The position numbers were made by a program, and so were the translations under genes. Below, one piece after another: positions 1 through 8,718 of a stretch of 64,000 bases of DNA. How positions within the stretch are numbered: the stretch's first letter is position 1; each line of letters opens with the position of its first letter. A model generated the notes under the pieces. That model had not been told where the DNA came from, ran no database searches, and worked only from the letters and a program-made list of their open reading frames with translations. Origin of the DNA: Deltaproteobacteria bacterium (GTDB lineage Bacteria; Desulfobacterota; Syntrophia; Syntrophales; Smithellaceae); the NCBI GenBank assembly GCA_021372815.1, contig JAJFTS010000040.1, positions 2,543 to 66,542 of the forward strand. Direction: 5' to 3'.

Positions 1-101
1 CTGAAAAAAATCAGTGTTCCGACGTTGTCTAAAAAAAGAGCGAGAAAAGCGGTTGTCTCTCCCCAGAAACTGTGCTGACTGACGGCGTTTTCGGTCTTCA
101 T
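1..101 (-). CDS. 5' end of a hydrophobic (permease-like) protein; gene continues beyond the left window edge
   Basis: ATG at 101-99 with GAGGAGG at 112-106 (4-nt spacer). The frame stays open to nt 1 (MKTENAVSQHSFWGETTAFLALFLDNVGTLIFF...). Confidence 0.5.
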   Translation of the reverse strand, partial: MKTENAVSQHSFWGETTAFLALFLDNVGTLIFF

Positions 102-136
102 TATTCCTCCTCAAAAGCTTGCCCTTGTGCCGTAAC

Positions 137-165
137 TATATAAACAAAAACTCGCTGTTTGACAA
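137..165 (-). promoter_or_regulatory. sigma70-like promoter for the truncated gene at 1-101
   Basis: Minus-strand TTGTCA (165-160), 17 nt, TATATA (142-137), just upstream of the SD. Confidence 0.35.
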
Positions 166-486
166 TTCGTTTTGCGGAGAGTATCAAAAAAACAGTAAAT
201 AAAAGGGTGGGGTTGATTGAGTGATTGCACGACAAGACCATTTTTTTATCCTGGAAGTCGTAGAAGCCCGGATCGATCCGGCCGTGAAAAATCCCCGGAC
301 GATTCATCATCTGGGAAACGAAAACTTCATGGTGGCCGGTAAATTTATCAAAATAAAATCGAAGATGAAATAGAATCTGAAAAGATTTATAATCACATCC
401 TGCCGATAAGACAGAGGAGCACTGCTGATGCCGGATGTTAGCTGGTGGAAAGGGTAGACAAAAGTTTACAAGATAAGGAGGATAAA

Positions 487-948
487 ATGAAAAGAAATGC
501 CATTGTCCTGATAGCCATGATGTCCTTTCTCATCCTCGTTTTCGCCGTCGATTCTTTCGCTCAGCGCGGAATGCAGTGGCGGGGAAGCGGCGGCTGGGGA
601 ATGGGAAGTCAGTACGGTCGAATGTACAATCCAAAAACCGTCGAAACAATTGCCGGTGAAGTAGTCGCTGTAGAAGCACTCACTCCGGTCAGGGGAATGT
701 CTTACGGAGTGCACTTGCTTTTGAAGACGGACAAAGAAACTGTTTCCGTTCACTTGGGGCCCTCCTGGTATATTGAAAATCAGGATGTAAAAATTGAACC
801 GAAAAATAAGATCAAGGTTAAAGGTTCGCGCATCTCGTTTGAAGGCAAACCGGTAATCATTGCCGCGGAAATCATCAAAGGAAATGAAATTCTTAAACTT
901 CGCAACGAAGACGGCTTTCCGGTCTGGAGTGGTTGGAGACGACGTTAA
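487..948 (+). CDS. exported protein of unknown function (signal peptide; Gly/Trp-rich N-terminus, beta-rich C-terminal domain)
   Basis: AAGGAGG at 475-481, 5 nt before ATG 487. Signal peptide MKRNAIVLIAMMSFLILVFAVDSFA. The ORF-track start at 445 lacks an SD. Confidence 0.8.
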   Translation: MKRNAIVLIAMMSFLILVFAVDSFAQRGMQWRGSGGWGMGSQYGRMYNPKTVETIAGEVVAVEALTPVRGMSYGVHLLLKTDKETVSVHLGPSWYIENQDVKIEPKNKIKVKGSRISFEGKPVIIAAEIIKGNEILKLRNEDGFPVWSGWRRR

Positions 949-1063
949 ATAATATAAAAATGTTTACCCTTACCGGCTAACGATGGCATCCGGAGGATGC
1001 AGGGATTAGAAAAATTCCATCATATAGAGATGATTCAATCACCGGGTGAAAAGGAGAAGTTCA

Positions 1064-2533
1064 ATGAAAAAATTGCTCTTAGTCGCTGTCGTGGGGCTTA
1101 TGGTCGTTGCCTCTGTTGTTCTATTCAAAACCATGACGGTTTCTTCCGGAAAGACAGAGACTCCTCCCGCAAGCCGTATCGTACTGGACAAGCAGGCGCT
1201 GGCGGAAAGACTGGCAGCAGCCGTGCAATTCCAGACGATCTTCTACGAAGATCCGGCCCTGTTTGATGAAAAAGAATTCAAAGGTTTTCAAAAATTTCTC
1301 GAACGGTCTTTCCCGGCAGTTCATGCCACGATGCAGAAAGAAATTGTAGGTGACTACAGTCTTCTTTACACATGGAAGGGGCAGGATGATAAAGCAATGC
1401 CGATTCTTCTGGCTGCCCACATGGATGTGGTGCCGGCCGAATCGGGGTGGGGCAAGAACTGGAGGTATCCTCCTTTTCAGGGGAACATTGCCGACGGCTT
1501 TATCTGGGGCAGAGGCACTTTGGATGACAAGGTCAGCGTGCTCGGCATCCTTGAGGCAACGGAAAAGCTTATTAAAGAAGGCTATGTTCCCCGTCGCACC
1601 ATTTATCTGGCCTTCGGACATGATGAGGAAGTCGGAGGCAAACACGGGGCGGCAAAAATCGCGGCTCTTCTTCAGTCCAGAGGCGTCAAACTGGACTACG
1701 TGCTGGACGAAGCCCTGACGATTACCGAGGGAGTGGTGCCCAATGTCTCCAAACCGGTCGCTCTGGTCGGAATAGCGGAGAAGGGCTGTCTGAGCATAGA
1801 ATTGAGTGTTGAAGGCGAGGGGGGACACTCCTCGATGCCGCCGCCGCAAACGGCTATCGGTATTTTAAGCTCCGCCATCAGTAAACTGGAGCAGAATCAG
1901 TTTCCCGTAAGAATGGAAGGGCCGGTAAAAAAGATGTTCGAAGCTTTGTCGCCGGACATGCCCGTCGGCATGAAAGCGGTCTTTGCCAATCTCTGGCTTT
2001 TCAAAGGTCTTGTGGAGAAAAAGCTCGCCTCTGCGCCGAGAACGAATGCTCTTGTGAGAACAACTGTTGCTCCCACGATATTCCAGGCCGGCGTTAAGGA
2101 AAATGTTCTGGCCACGAAAGCCCGGGCGGTTGTCAATTACCGGTTGTTGCCCGGTGATACCATCGATGAAGTATTGCTGAAGGTCCGGAAAACCATCAAT
2201 GATCCGCGGGTTAAGATTGTGGCCCTGGAAGGATTTAAAAGCAATCCTTCGAAGATAGCGGACCCTCAATCGGAAGGTTACAGAGCCGTCCAAAAAGCTA
2301 TTTATCAGGTATTCCCGGAAGTGACAGTTGCTCCGGGGCTTGTTGTGGCGGCTACGGACAGCAGATACTATTCGGCCATCACCGGGAATGTTTTGCATTT
2401 CCTTCCGATCCGTCTTCGGGCCGATGATCTGAGAAGACTTCATGGGACGGACGAAAGAATATCGCTTGAGGATTATAGTAGGGTTGTGAGCTTCTATGTG
2501 CAGCTCATCCGGAATGAAGGAACAGCACAATAG
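1064..2533 (+). CDS. M20-family metallopeptidase (carboxypeptidase/dipeptidase-like), N-terminal membrane anchor or signal
   Basis: AAGGAG 7 nt before ATG 1064. M20 metal-binding motifs LAAHMDVVPA, GRGTLDDK and HDEEVGG. Length is typical of M20 enzymes with a dimerisation domain. Confidence 0.9.
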   Translation: MKKLLLVAVVGLMVVASVVLFKTMTVSSGKTETPPASRIVLDKQALAERLAAAVQFQTIFYEDPALFDEKEFKGFQKFLERSFPAVHATMQKEIVGDYSLLYTWKGQDDKAMPILLAAHMDVVPAESGWGKNWRYPPFQGNIADGFIWGRGTLDDKVSVLGILEATEKLIKEGYVPRRTIYLAFGHDEEVGGKHGAAKIAALLQSRGVKLDYVLDEALTITEGVVPNVSKPVALVGIAEKGCLSIELSVEGEGGHSSMPPPQTAIGILSSAISKLEQNQFPVRMEGPVKKMFEALSPDMPVGMKAVFANLWLFKGLVEKKLASAPRTNALVRTTVAPTIFQAGVKENVLATKARAVVNYRLLPGDTIDEVLLKVRKTINDPRVKIVALEGFKSNPSKIADPQSEGYRAVQKAIYQVFPEVTVAPGLVVAATDSRYYSAITGNVLHFLPIRLRADDLRRLHGTDERISLEDYSRVVSFYVQLIRNEGTAQ

Positions 2534-2617
2534 TCAGATGCTCACGGTTTGTGACCCTTTGTAAATCCGGACACACCGCGTGCCATTTGTCTTGTTTCAT
2601 GACGGCGTTGTACGCAT

Positions 2618-3562
2618 CTACCCGATAAGTTCCATGAGAAGCTTATTCGCCCTCTTAAAATTATCGTATTGCCCTTGAAGTTGATGTTGCCATTTATCTC
2701 CATGGAACAGATTGTTTTTTAGAAAATAAATGATGACCAAACAGCCGATCAACTCATCTTCTATAGAATTGCTGCTCCCTTTGAGCATTTTTCCCACATA
2801 TTCTACGCCTGTTGCATCAGGGGCTATTTTCAGATCTCTATAAAATTCAGTGAATTCTCCATCGGCAACGTATCTACTGCGCAGATACCGGATGTAGCTG
2901 GCGATGTTAAATTGATAAAGAGAACCATTGTACTTAAGTGATTCAACGTACTTGATGATTTTGTCTATATGAACTTCATTGTTAAGCTTTGTTCCTTCAA
3001 AGAAGCTCCATAAGATGGAAAAATCCTGTATGGCCTCTTTGTCACAATCCGGCAATGCGCCGAATTCCGGAACTTTTTCAGACAGCCAGGCGATGACTCG
3101 TAACCGTGATCTCTCCTCCGTGCGCTTGCGCTCGGTTATGTCCGTATAAAGTCCTATGAGACCGATAATCTTGCCGCTGTCGTCCTTGATTGCGTCAGCG
3201 CGCAGCAGAGCAAAGGATATGGCACCGCTTTTTGATGTCAGTTCTATTTCACCTGTCCAGGAACCGCCGCCCCTAATGGCTTCGAAGACGGCTTGGGCGG
3301 TATCTTTATTTGCATAAATACCGAGTCCGCCTCCCAGGGCTTGAAGATCTTCCGTTGTATATCCGACAAGTTGAGTAAAGGCTTTGTTATGATAAAAATG
3401 CTTTCCCTCGGGATCGGTTAACACAATAGCGTCGGGTGAGCTTTCGGCCGCCTTTTTGACGATAAAAAGCGTCTCTTCCGCTTTCTTCAGCTTTTCGGTG
3501 GTAGCCAGCAATTTGGATTTGTCTGTTTCACCGTTTTCCCTGGTTTTATAAAAATACTTCAT
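2618..3562 (-). CDS. PAS-domain protein with an unassigned ~160-aa C-terminal domain (HEPN-like K-x4-H motif)
   Basis: PAS core SPDAIVLTDPEGKHFYHNKAFTQLVGY...IGLYTDITERKRTEE. ATG 3562 overlaps the TGA of the upstream ORF (ATGA at 3559-3562). C-terminal LKNNLFHG is encoded at 2699-2719. Confidence 0.85.
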   Translation of the reverse strand: MKYFYKTRENGETDKSKLLATTEKLKKAEETLFIVKKAAESSPDAIVLTDPEGKHFYHNKAFTQLVGYTTEDLQALGGGLGIYANKDTAQAVFEAIRGGGSWTGEIELTSKSGAISFALLRADAIKDDSGKIIGLIGLYTDITERKRTEERSRLRVIAWLSEKVPEFGALPDCDKEAIQDFSILWSFFEGTKLNNEVHIDKIIKYVESLKYNGSLYQFNIASYIRYLRSRYVADGEFTEFYRDLKIAPDATGVEYVGKMLKGSSNSIEDELIGCLVIIYFLKNNLFHGDKWQHQLQGQYDNFKRANKLLMELIG

Positions 3563-3930
3563 GATGCGTTCGTGCTCCTGTATTTTGGAAAGACCCGCCA
3601 AAAGTGGAAAGCAATCATGCAGGTCCAGATGATGAGCGGATATTTAAACCATAACAAATCCGGCATCGTCGTGAGATTAATAAAAATTAAAACCGCATTG
3701 ATAATCATATAGGCGGCCAGATGATAAAATAATCCCCGATTTTGCTTTTGAGATGTTGAAACAAGAGTGAGTCCATGAAAAGCCAAACCGATACCCCAGC
3801 CAATCATCGGCCATTGCGCCCAGGCCTGATGCGGAAACATATCGATGTTAATCCATACCAAAATCGCATTGACTGTCACGTAAGCGGCAAGATGATAACC
3901 AAAACCTGTTTTCGCTTCCCTGCTTGCCAT
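3559..3930 (-). CDS. membrane protein with two tandem 2TM-type domains
   Basis: The pattern FxYHLAAYxxxNAxLxxIN...W...P...W is repeated twice. Four predicted TM helices. 4-nt overlap with the downstream PAS gene. Confidence 0.8.
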   Translation of the reverse strand: MASREAKTGFGYHLAAYVTVNAILVWINIDMFPHQAWAQWPMIGWGIGLAFHGLTLVSTSQKQNRGLFYHLAAYMIINAVLIFINLTTMPDLLWFKYPLIIWTCMIAFHFWRVFPKYRSTNAS

Positions 3931-4041
3931 TCTAAGCCGTCCTTTTACTGTAAATTATTGCGGGCTTCTTTTGAGATCTTCAAAAGAGAAATTATTTTTC
4001 GGCGTTGTCTGAATTCAACGGTCTCACGCATTTTCGTCGAC

Positions 4042-4266
4042 TCATTTTTTTATCTTAAGCTTTTTTTCGCTGTTGATAAGTTCTTTCGCCTCGTCAATCG
4101 CTTTTTCAACGGCGGCAATGATATCAGGCTTGATGTCAAAATAGAAACCGTTATCGGCGCAAAGTTTTTTGGTTTTTTTCATCTCAGCTATGAGCGGTGC
4201 CGGTACACTTACCCTTAACAGGACATTCCGGCATTCCTGTTTTTGTTCTTTTTTTATAACGGTCAT
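4042..4266 (-). CDS. small basic protein, possibly ribbon-helix-helix-like DNA binder
   Basis: GGAGGG 3 nt before ATG 4266. N-terminal strand-helix pattern NVLLRVSVPAPLIAEMKK. Lys-rich tail. Confidence 0.5.
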   Translation of the reverse strand: MTVIKKEQKQECRNVLLRVSVPAPLIAEMKKTKKLCADNGFYFDIKPDIIAAVEKAIDEAKELINSEKKLKIKK

Positions 4267-4343
4267 ATTCCCTCCGGAGATCTTTTATTTGAAGTCAATA
4301 TAACAGTCCCTTTTGTATTTGTCAATAAAAAAGCATTTATGAT

Positions 4344-4359
4344 AGCAAAATATTTTGCT
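4344..4359. promoter_or_regulatory. perfect 16-bp palindrome AGCAAAATATTTTGCT between divergent small genes (candidate operator)
   Basis: The sequence equals its own reverse complement. It lies 78 nt from ATG 4266 and 83 nt from ATG 4442. A TTGACA hexamer at 4368-4373 faces the plus-strand gene. Confidence 0.4.
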
Positions 4360-4441
4360 TTAATTATTGACAAGATTAATTGCCTGATATATCTTGTGAT
4401 CGTCAGGCGTGAAATAAATGCAGTTCGTTAAAGGAGGCTTT

Positions 4442-4654
4442 ATGAAAAAAAGTGATTTAATCGCTGAGAAGGTTTTTAAAAGCATCAATAATGTGGTGTC
4501 AACGGTTGAAAATATTCACGGTGATATTGCTGAAAGAAAAGGAGAGAAAAATGATAAAGCGCTTCATCGTGAAGAAAAAAGGGAGAAGGTTTACGGTCTG
4601 ATCAAATCAATCAACGGCAGGGTTGAGGAAACTGTTCGTGATTTTTTGAAGTAA
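4442..4654 (+). CDS. small charged hypothetical protein (70 aa)
   Basis: AAGGAGG at 4431-4437 before ATG 4442. Helical, Lys/Glu-rich sequence with no recognisable motif. Confidence 0.55.
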   Translation: MKKSDLIAEKVFKSINNVVSTVENIHGDIAERKGEKNDKALHREEKREKVYGLIKSINGRVEETVRDFLK

Positions 4655-4737
4655 ATATATTTTGAAAAAATGATTGCGCTCCTTTTCTTGCACGGAAAAT
4701 GATCATGGACGTTTATGAAAAGTAAAATCAGATCATG

Positions 4738-5277
4738 TTACTTCACAATCTTGAAGAATTCTTTGGCTTTCGGGTCGGCAGCAGTGCGTAGAAGTTCAAA
4801 CAAAACCATCTCCGTGGAAGTAACGTGCGCGCCGGCGCTTTTCATCGCGTCTATGCCGATCCGACGGTTTTCTGAAGTGCGCGATGATACCGCATCCGCA
4901 ACCAAATGAACATTATAGCCGTTGGAGATGAGATCCAGGGCGGTCTGGTAAACGCAAACATGGGTTTCAATTCCCAGAAGCACTACATGCCTGCGGCTCA
5001 ACGCTTCCAGATGTTCTTTAAAATTATTTTCATTCCAGCAACTGAAAGATTCCTTGGCGATCGGGTTAAAACCTTCCAGCTCATCCGCTATCTGCGGCAG
5101 CGTTTGCCCCAGTTTTTGCGGAATCTGTTCGGTGACCATAACGGGTAAGTTTAAAGCTTTAAATCCCCTGATCAATTTTACCGTATTGGAAAAAAGATTT
5201 TCTTTGTCAAACATCGCCTGAGCCAGATTGCCCTGAATATCAACGATAACCAAAACCGCGGCGGTACGACTGATCAT
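4738..5277 (-). CDS. isochorismatase-family (cysteine) hydrolase
   Basis: LVIVDIQ near the N-terminus and VVLLGIETHVCVYQTALDL (catalytic Cys context). GGGAGAAG SD before ATG 5277. Confidence 0.9.
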   Translation of the reverse strand: MISRTAAVLVIVDIQGNLAQAMFDKENLFSNTVKLIRGFKALNLPVMVTEQIPQKLGQTLPQIADELEGFNPIAKESFSCWNENNFKEHLEALSRRHVVLLGIETHVCVYQTALDLISNGYNVHLVADAVSSRTSENRRIGIDAMKSAGAHVTSTEMVLFELLRTAADPKAKEFFKIVK

Positions 5278-5507
5278 TTTGATCTTCTCCCTGGTTGATT
5301 TATTGTCAACTCGCAATTCTCATGAAACTCGGATATTACAAAGCGGTGCGGTAATATCTTTAAATTGTCATGATGCTTAACGTTGAGGTGTATAGCGCAT
5401 TGACTTTTTTAAGTCAAATTTTCCGGCAGCCTTTGCCTGTTAAAACAAGCCTGCTTATGACGCAAGGATTATTATCCCGCCGCCCGCCGTGCGGTTCATA
5501 CCCGTAA

Positions 5508-6308
5508 TTATGATACATGGTTGCCCAGCAGCAAACCGCCGTCAATCAAAATTTCCGCTCCCGTGGTATAGCTGGAGGCGTCCGATGCCAGATAAAGCGC
5601 GGCGCCTGCGATTTCATCAGGTTCTCCCATCCGGCCGGAGGGCAGAGTTTTTTCTACCATTTCTTTTACTTTCTGAGCTTCTTCCGGCGGAAGATGTCCC
5701 CAGTGGGAATTCATCATCCTGGTATTTACCGGTCCCGGAGAAATAGTGTTTACCTGAATATTGAAACGGAGAAGCTCGCCGGCGAAGGCTTTTGTCAGCA
5801 TCCTCATGCCGGCTTTGGAAATGGAATAGATGCTCAGGCCGGGTTCCGGATTATGGCCGTCCACGGAAGAGACATTGATTATTTTTCCACCGCCCTGCTT
5901 GACCATGATATTGGCCGCGGCCTGACTGACAAAATAAGCGCCTTTCAGATTGATGTCCATGAGTTTATCCCAGAGGCGATCGTCACATTCAAGAATTGAT
6001 GCCATGGCGGGACTGGCGCCCGCGTTGTTGACCAGAATATCGATCCGGCCGTAACGGGCCATTACGGCGTCGATCATTTTTTTAATTTCTTCTGTTTTTC
6101 CAAGATGAGCCGGAAGCGGAAAGGCCTCGCCGCCGAATGCTTTGATCTCATTGGCCGTCGCTTCCAGGTCCTGCGCCTTGCGGCTGGTCACAACAACCTT
6201 CGCTCCGGCTTTGGCGAAAGCGAATGCAATGGCCTGACCGATGCCCCGGCCGCCGCCGGTAATGATGGCAACTTTATCTTTCAGTGAAAAGCGGGATACG
6301 TCGAACAT
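5508..6308 (-). CDS. SDR-family oxidoreductase (3-oxoacyl/3-hydroxyacyl reductase-like)
   Basis: TGGGRGIG cofactor motif, NNAG, and YSISK catalytic Y-x3-K. AAGGAGAA SD. Confidence 0.93.
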   Translation of the reverse strand: MFDVSRFSLKDKVAIITGGGRGIGQAIAFAFAKAGAKVVVTSRKAQDLEATANEIKAFGGEAFPLPAHLGKTEEIKKMIDAVMARYGRIDILVNNAGASPAMASILECDDRLWDKLMDINLKGAYFVSQAAANIMVKQGGGKIINVSSVDGHNPEPGLSIYSISKAGMRMLTKAFAGELLRFNIQVNTISPGPVNTRMMNSHWGHLPPEEAQKVKEMVEKTLPSGRMGEPDEIAGAALYLASDASSYTTGAEILIDGGLLLGNHVS

Positions 6309-6403
6309 TTAATTCTCCTTGAAATATATAATGCCCCCTCATTTCAGGTGAGGGGGCGAGAGATGTTTGTTACCTTGGCTAGTCAAATATTATTTTACTT
6401 TCT

Positions 6404-7894
6404 TCATTTTCCCATGATGGCTTTACTGTCGCCGCCGCTCATACCGGCCAGATACTTAATGAGCTTTTTGCGCGCCTTGATATCGTATTGGGAGGTGATG
6501 GCAATCTGCTCCATGATAGGCGATCCACCGCCGTGATAGTTTCCGTAGTTCATGACGCCGGCCATGCTGCCGATGGTGTAGTCGCCGAGAGTCATCCAGA
6601 ACTTAATCTGGTCTTCCACGGGAACTTTCGGGTTCCTGTTAAGATATTTTGCCAGAACCTCTTTCAGGTCGGGATGAATGAGATCGCCTTCGTAGGGGAA
6701 GGTGGATGGAATGCCGCCGGCGATCCGGCAGATAAGTTCCTGTTCATGGAAAACCGCTTCTCCCGTCAGGCAACGGCCGACATTGCAGTAGATGGAATTG
6801 GGGATGTAGCTGCCCGGGCCGTAGGGACAACTGCCGAGGCCAGGAATAATGACTTCCGGCTTGCCCATGCTGGAGGCAGTGTAGCCCGCGGCGTAACCCA
6901 GTTCGGAAACCTTGATGATTTCCGCCATCATTTCCTTGACATGAGGAGTCTTTTCGATGCCGTTGTATTCCGCCGCCAGAGCCGCCAGACCGAGGAAAAC
7001 GTCTCCGATGGCGGGCTTGCATCCCGAATAGCTGTGGCGATGGAACAGGGCAAACAGCAGTGCGCACATGCCGCCGTGATCGTTTTCTCCGCAGAGGAAA
7101 ACTCGTTCCCAGGGAACGAAGCAATCCTCGAAAATAATGTAGGAATCGGAATAACCGATGTCCACACCGCGCTTGATGTGCTTGCGCTTATACTGGCTGT
7201 GAATGGAGACCACCTGCTTGACGCCTTCATAATCGGAAGGAACGGCAAAGGCTACGGCGTAATCTTTCTCGTCGGGACCGAGGGCGCGGGTGGGAACCAC
7301 CAGAATCTCATCAGAGATGGAGGCTTCGGAGATGTGAAGTTTGCATCCCCGGACAACGATTCCGTCGCTTTTTTTCTCCACGACGTGGACATACATGTCC
7401 GGATCCGTCTGCTGAATGGGCCTCTTCAGACGTTCGCCCTTCATGTCTGTCTGGGCACAGCTTCCCACGAGGTCTTCTTTCTGAAAGCGTTCGAGCCATT
7501 TGAGGAAGTTCTGGTGGTAGGAAGTATTCCCGGGGTTTACCTTGTCCGCTTCAAAGGAAGCGGCATTGACGGCGTTGAGGGCATCGGTGCCCATGCAACG
7601 CTGAATGCACATGCCTGCCTTGCGGCACAGAGCCCTGGTCATATCCTGTTTCTTATGCAGATCGTCCGTGCTTTGATGGACATGGCAGAAGCGGTTTATG
7701 GTTTCTCCGGTCAGATGAGATGTGGCGGTGCACAGATCTTTCAAATCCGGATCATTAACAGCGTCAAAAGTGATTCCCATCACGTTAAGCACCGGAGCCT
7801 GGATCTCGTCATCACGGTCGATCTTGTCACCGTCGTGATAAAGGTTCCGCCTCATCTTCCGGAGCCTTTCAATGTATTGTTCTTTTGTTCTCAT
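6404..7894 (-). CDS. 4-hydroxybutyryl-CoA dehydratase/vinylacetyl-CoA isomerase (AbfD)-family enzyme, paralogue 1
   Basis: 496 aa. SHLTGETINRFCHVHQSTDDL, CIQRCMGTD (C-x3-C) and HRHSYSGCK (H-x6-C) match the [4Fe-4S] ligand pattern of AbfD. Confidence 0.93.
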   Translation of the reverse strand: MRTKEQYIERLRKMRRNLYHDGDKIDRDDEIQAPVLNVMGITFDAVNDPDLKDLCTATSHLTGETINRFCHVHQSTDDLHKKQDMTRALCRKAGMCIQRCMGTDALNAVNAASFEADKVNPGNTSYHQNFLKWLERFQKEDLVGSCAQTDMKGERLKRPIQQTDPDMYVHVVEKKSDGIVVRGCKLHISEASISDEILVVPTRALGPDEKDYAVAFAVPSDYEGVKQVVSIHSQYKRKHIKRGVDIGYSDSYIIFEDCFVPWERVFLCGENDHGGMCALLFALFHRHSYSGCKPAIGDVFLGLAALAAEYNGIEKTPHVKEMMAEIIKVSELGYAAGYTASSMGKPEVIIPGLGSCPYGPGSYIPNSIYCNVGRCLTGEAVFHEQELICRIAGGIPSTFPYEGDLIHPDLKEVLAKYLNRNPKVPVEDQIKFWMTLGDYTIGSMAGVMNYGNYHGGGSPIMEQIAITSQYDIKARKKLIKYLAGMSGGDSKAIMGK

Positions 7895-7922
7895 GGCAGT
7901 ACCTCTTTTTTGTTAAAAATGG

Positions 7923-8639
7923 TTATTTTGTTTTATCCTTTGAGGATGTTCCTCCCTCTTTCTTCTTTAGAATTTTTTCCAATATACCGGCGTCTTCCAA
8001 CTTCAGATAAAGTGTCGTGCCGGAATCTTCTTTTTTCGCGCGGATGCCGTCAAAAACTGTTTCAAGCAAAGGATCGAGCATGTCTGCGATGCCTGGTTTT
8101 CTTTTGGGCATTCCCTGCATGTGCCAATGAATGAATAAATGTTCGATCGTTCCCATGAACATGGAGCGGATCAGGTAGGGATCGGAATCCTTTTTGAATG
8201 TGCCGTCGGCGATTCCCTCCCGGATGCAGTCCAGAAGAACATGAGACGATTTCCGTATCGCGGCATGAGCCGGCGTCTGGCGAAACCGCTTATTGGACAT
8301 TAATTGCAGCAAAACCAGCGCGGAATAGTTGGGATTGGTCTGATAAAGCTGAACGTAGAAAAGCAGGATAGCTCTGATTTTTCCTTCAACTCCTTTGATG
8401 TAGGGAATGACTCTTGATGATTCCTCAAATGTGTCTTTGGTTATTTTTTCGGGAATGGCGAAAAGAAGGTCTTCTTTGGTGCCGAAGTATTCGTATACGG
8501 TGGCTTCCGAAACGCCGGCTTCTTTACTGATTTCGGTAATGGTTGAGTTCTGAAAGCCCTTCTCGGCAAAGATGCGCAGAGCGGCGTCCATAATGCGGTC
8601 TTTTCTGGTTTTGGGTCGGTTTTTGTCCGTTATCATCAT
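7923..8639 (-). CDS. TetR/AcrR-family transcriptional regulator
   Basis: N-terminal HTH RIMDAALRIFAEKGFQNSTITEISKEAGVSEATVYEYFGTKEDLL. Its stop lies 28 bp upstream of the AbfD-like gene. Confidence 0.92.
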   Translation of the reverse strand: MMITDKNRPKTRKDRIMDAALRIFAEKGFQNSTITEISKEAGVSEATVYEYFGTKEDLLFAIPEKITKDTFEESSRVIPYIKGVEGKIRAILLFYVQLYQTNPNYSALVLLQLMSNKRFRQTPAHAAIRKSSHVLLDCIREGIADGTFKKDSDPYLIRSMFMGTIEHLFIHWHMQGMPKRKPGIADMLDPLLETVFDGIRAKKEDSGTTLYLKLEDAGILEKILKKKEGGTSSKDKTK

Positions 8640-8661
8640 AGCCTCCGTCGAGGATGGTTTT

Positions 8662-8718
8662 AAGATACATCATCATAGTCATACTGTCAAGAATTATTTT
8701 ATTTCATAGTCTGACTAT
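8662..8718 (-). promoter_or_regulatory. promoter plus two operator-like sites for the tetR-abfD-SDR operon
   Basis: Minus-strand TTGACA (8690-8685), 17 nt, TATCTT (8667-8662). Perfect 13-bp palindrome ATAGTCTGACTAT at 8706-8718. A 10/13 copy (ATAGTCATACTGT, 8675-8687) lies inside the promoter spacer. Confidence 0.5.

Noticed and set aside
101-310. 69-aa minus-strand ORF at the left end, plus the palindrome CCGGATCGATCCGG at 268-281.
   Set aside because: - The ORF contains the promoter-like TTGTCA-17-TATATA and the SD of the downstream truncated gene, and its translation has no protein-like features.
- It is more likely a 5' regulatory region.
- I checked for a purine-type riboswitch because the downstream gene looks permease-like. 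I saw no conserved riboswitch core.
- The palindrome is noted but has no supporting context.
6488-8134. 548-aa plus-strand ORF, the largest of many long antisense ORFs (others include 1121-1849, 12829-13653, 22692-23408, 49374-50228, 51114-51962 and 60080-60664).
   Set aside because: - All lie fully antisense to genes with clear family motifs.
- All have low-complexity Arg/Gly/Ala-rich translations and no SD.
- These are typical shadow ORFs.
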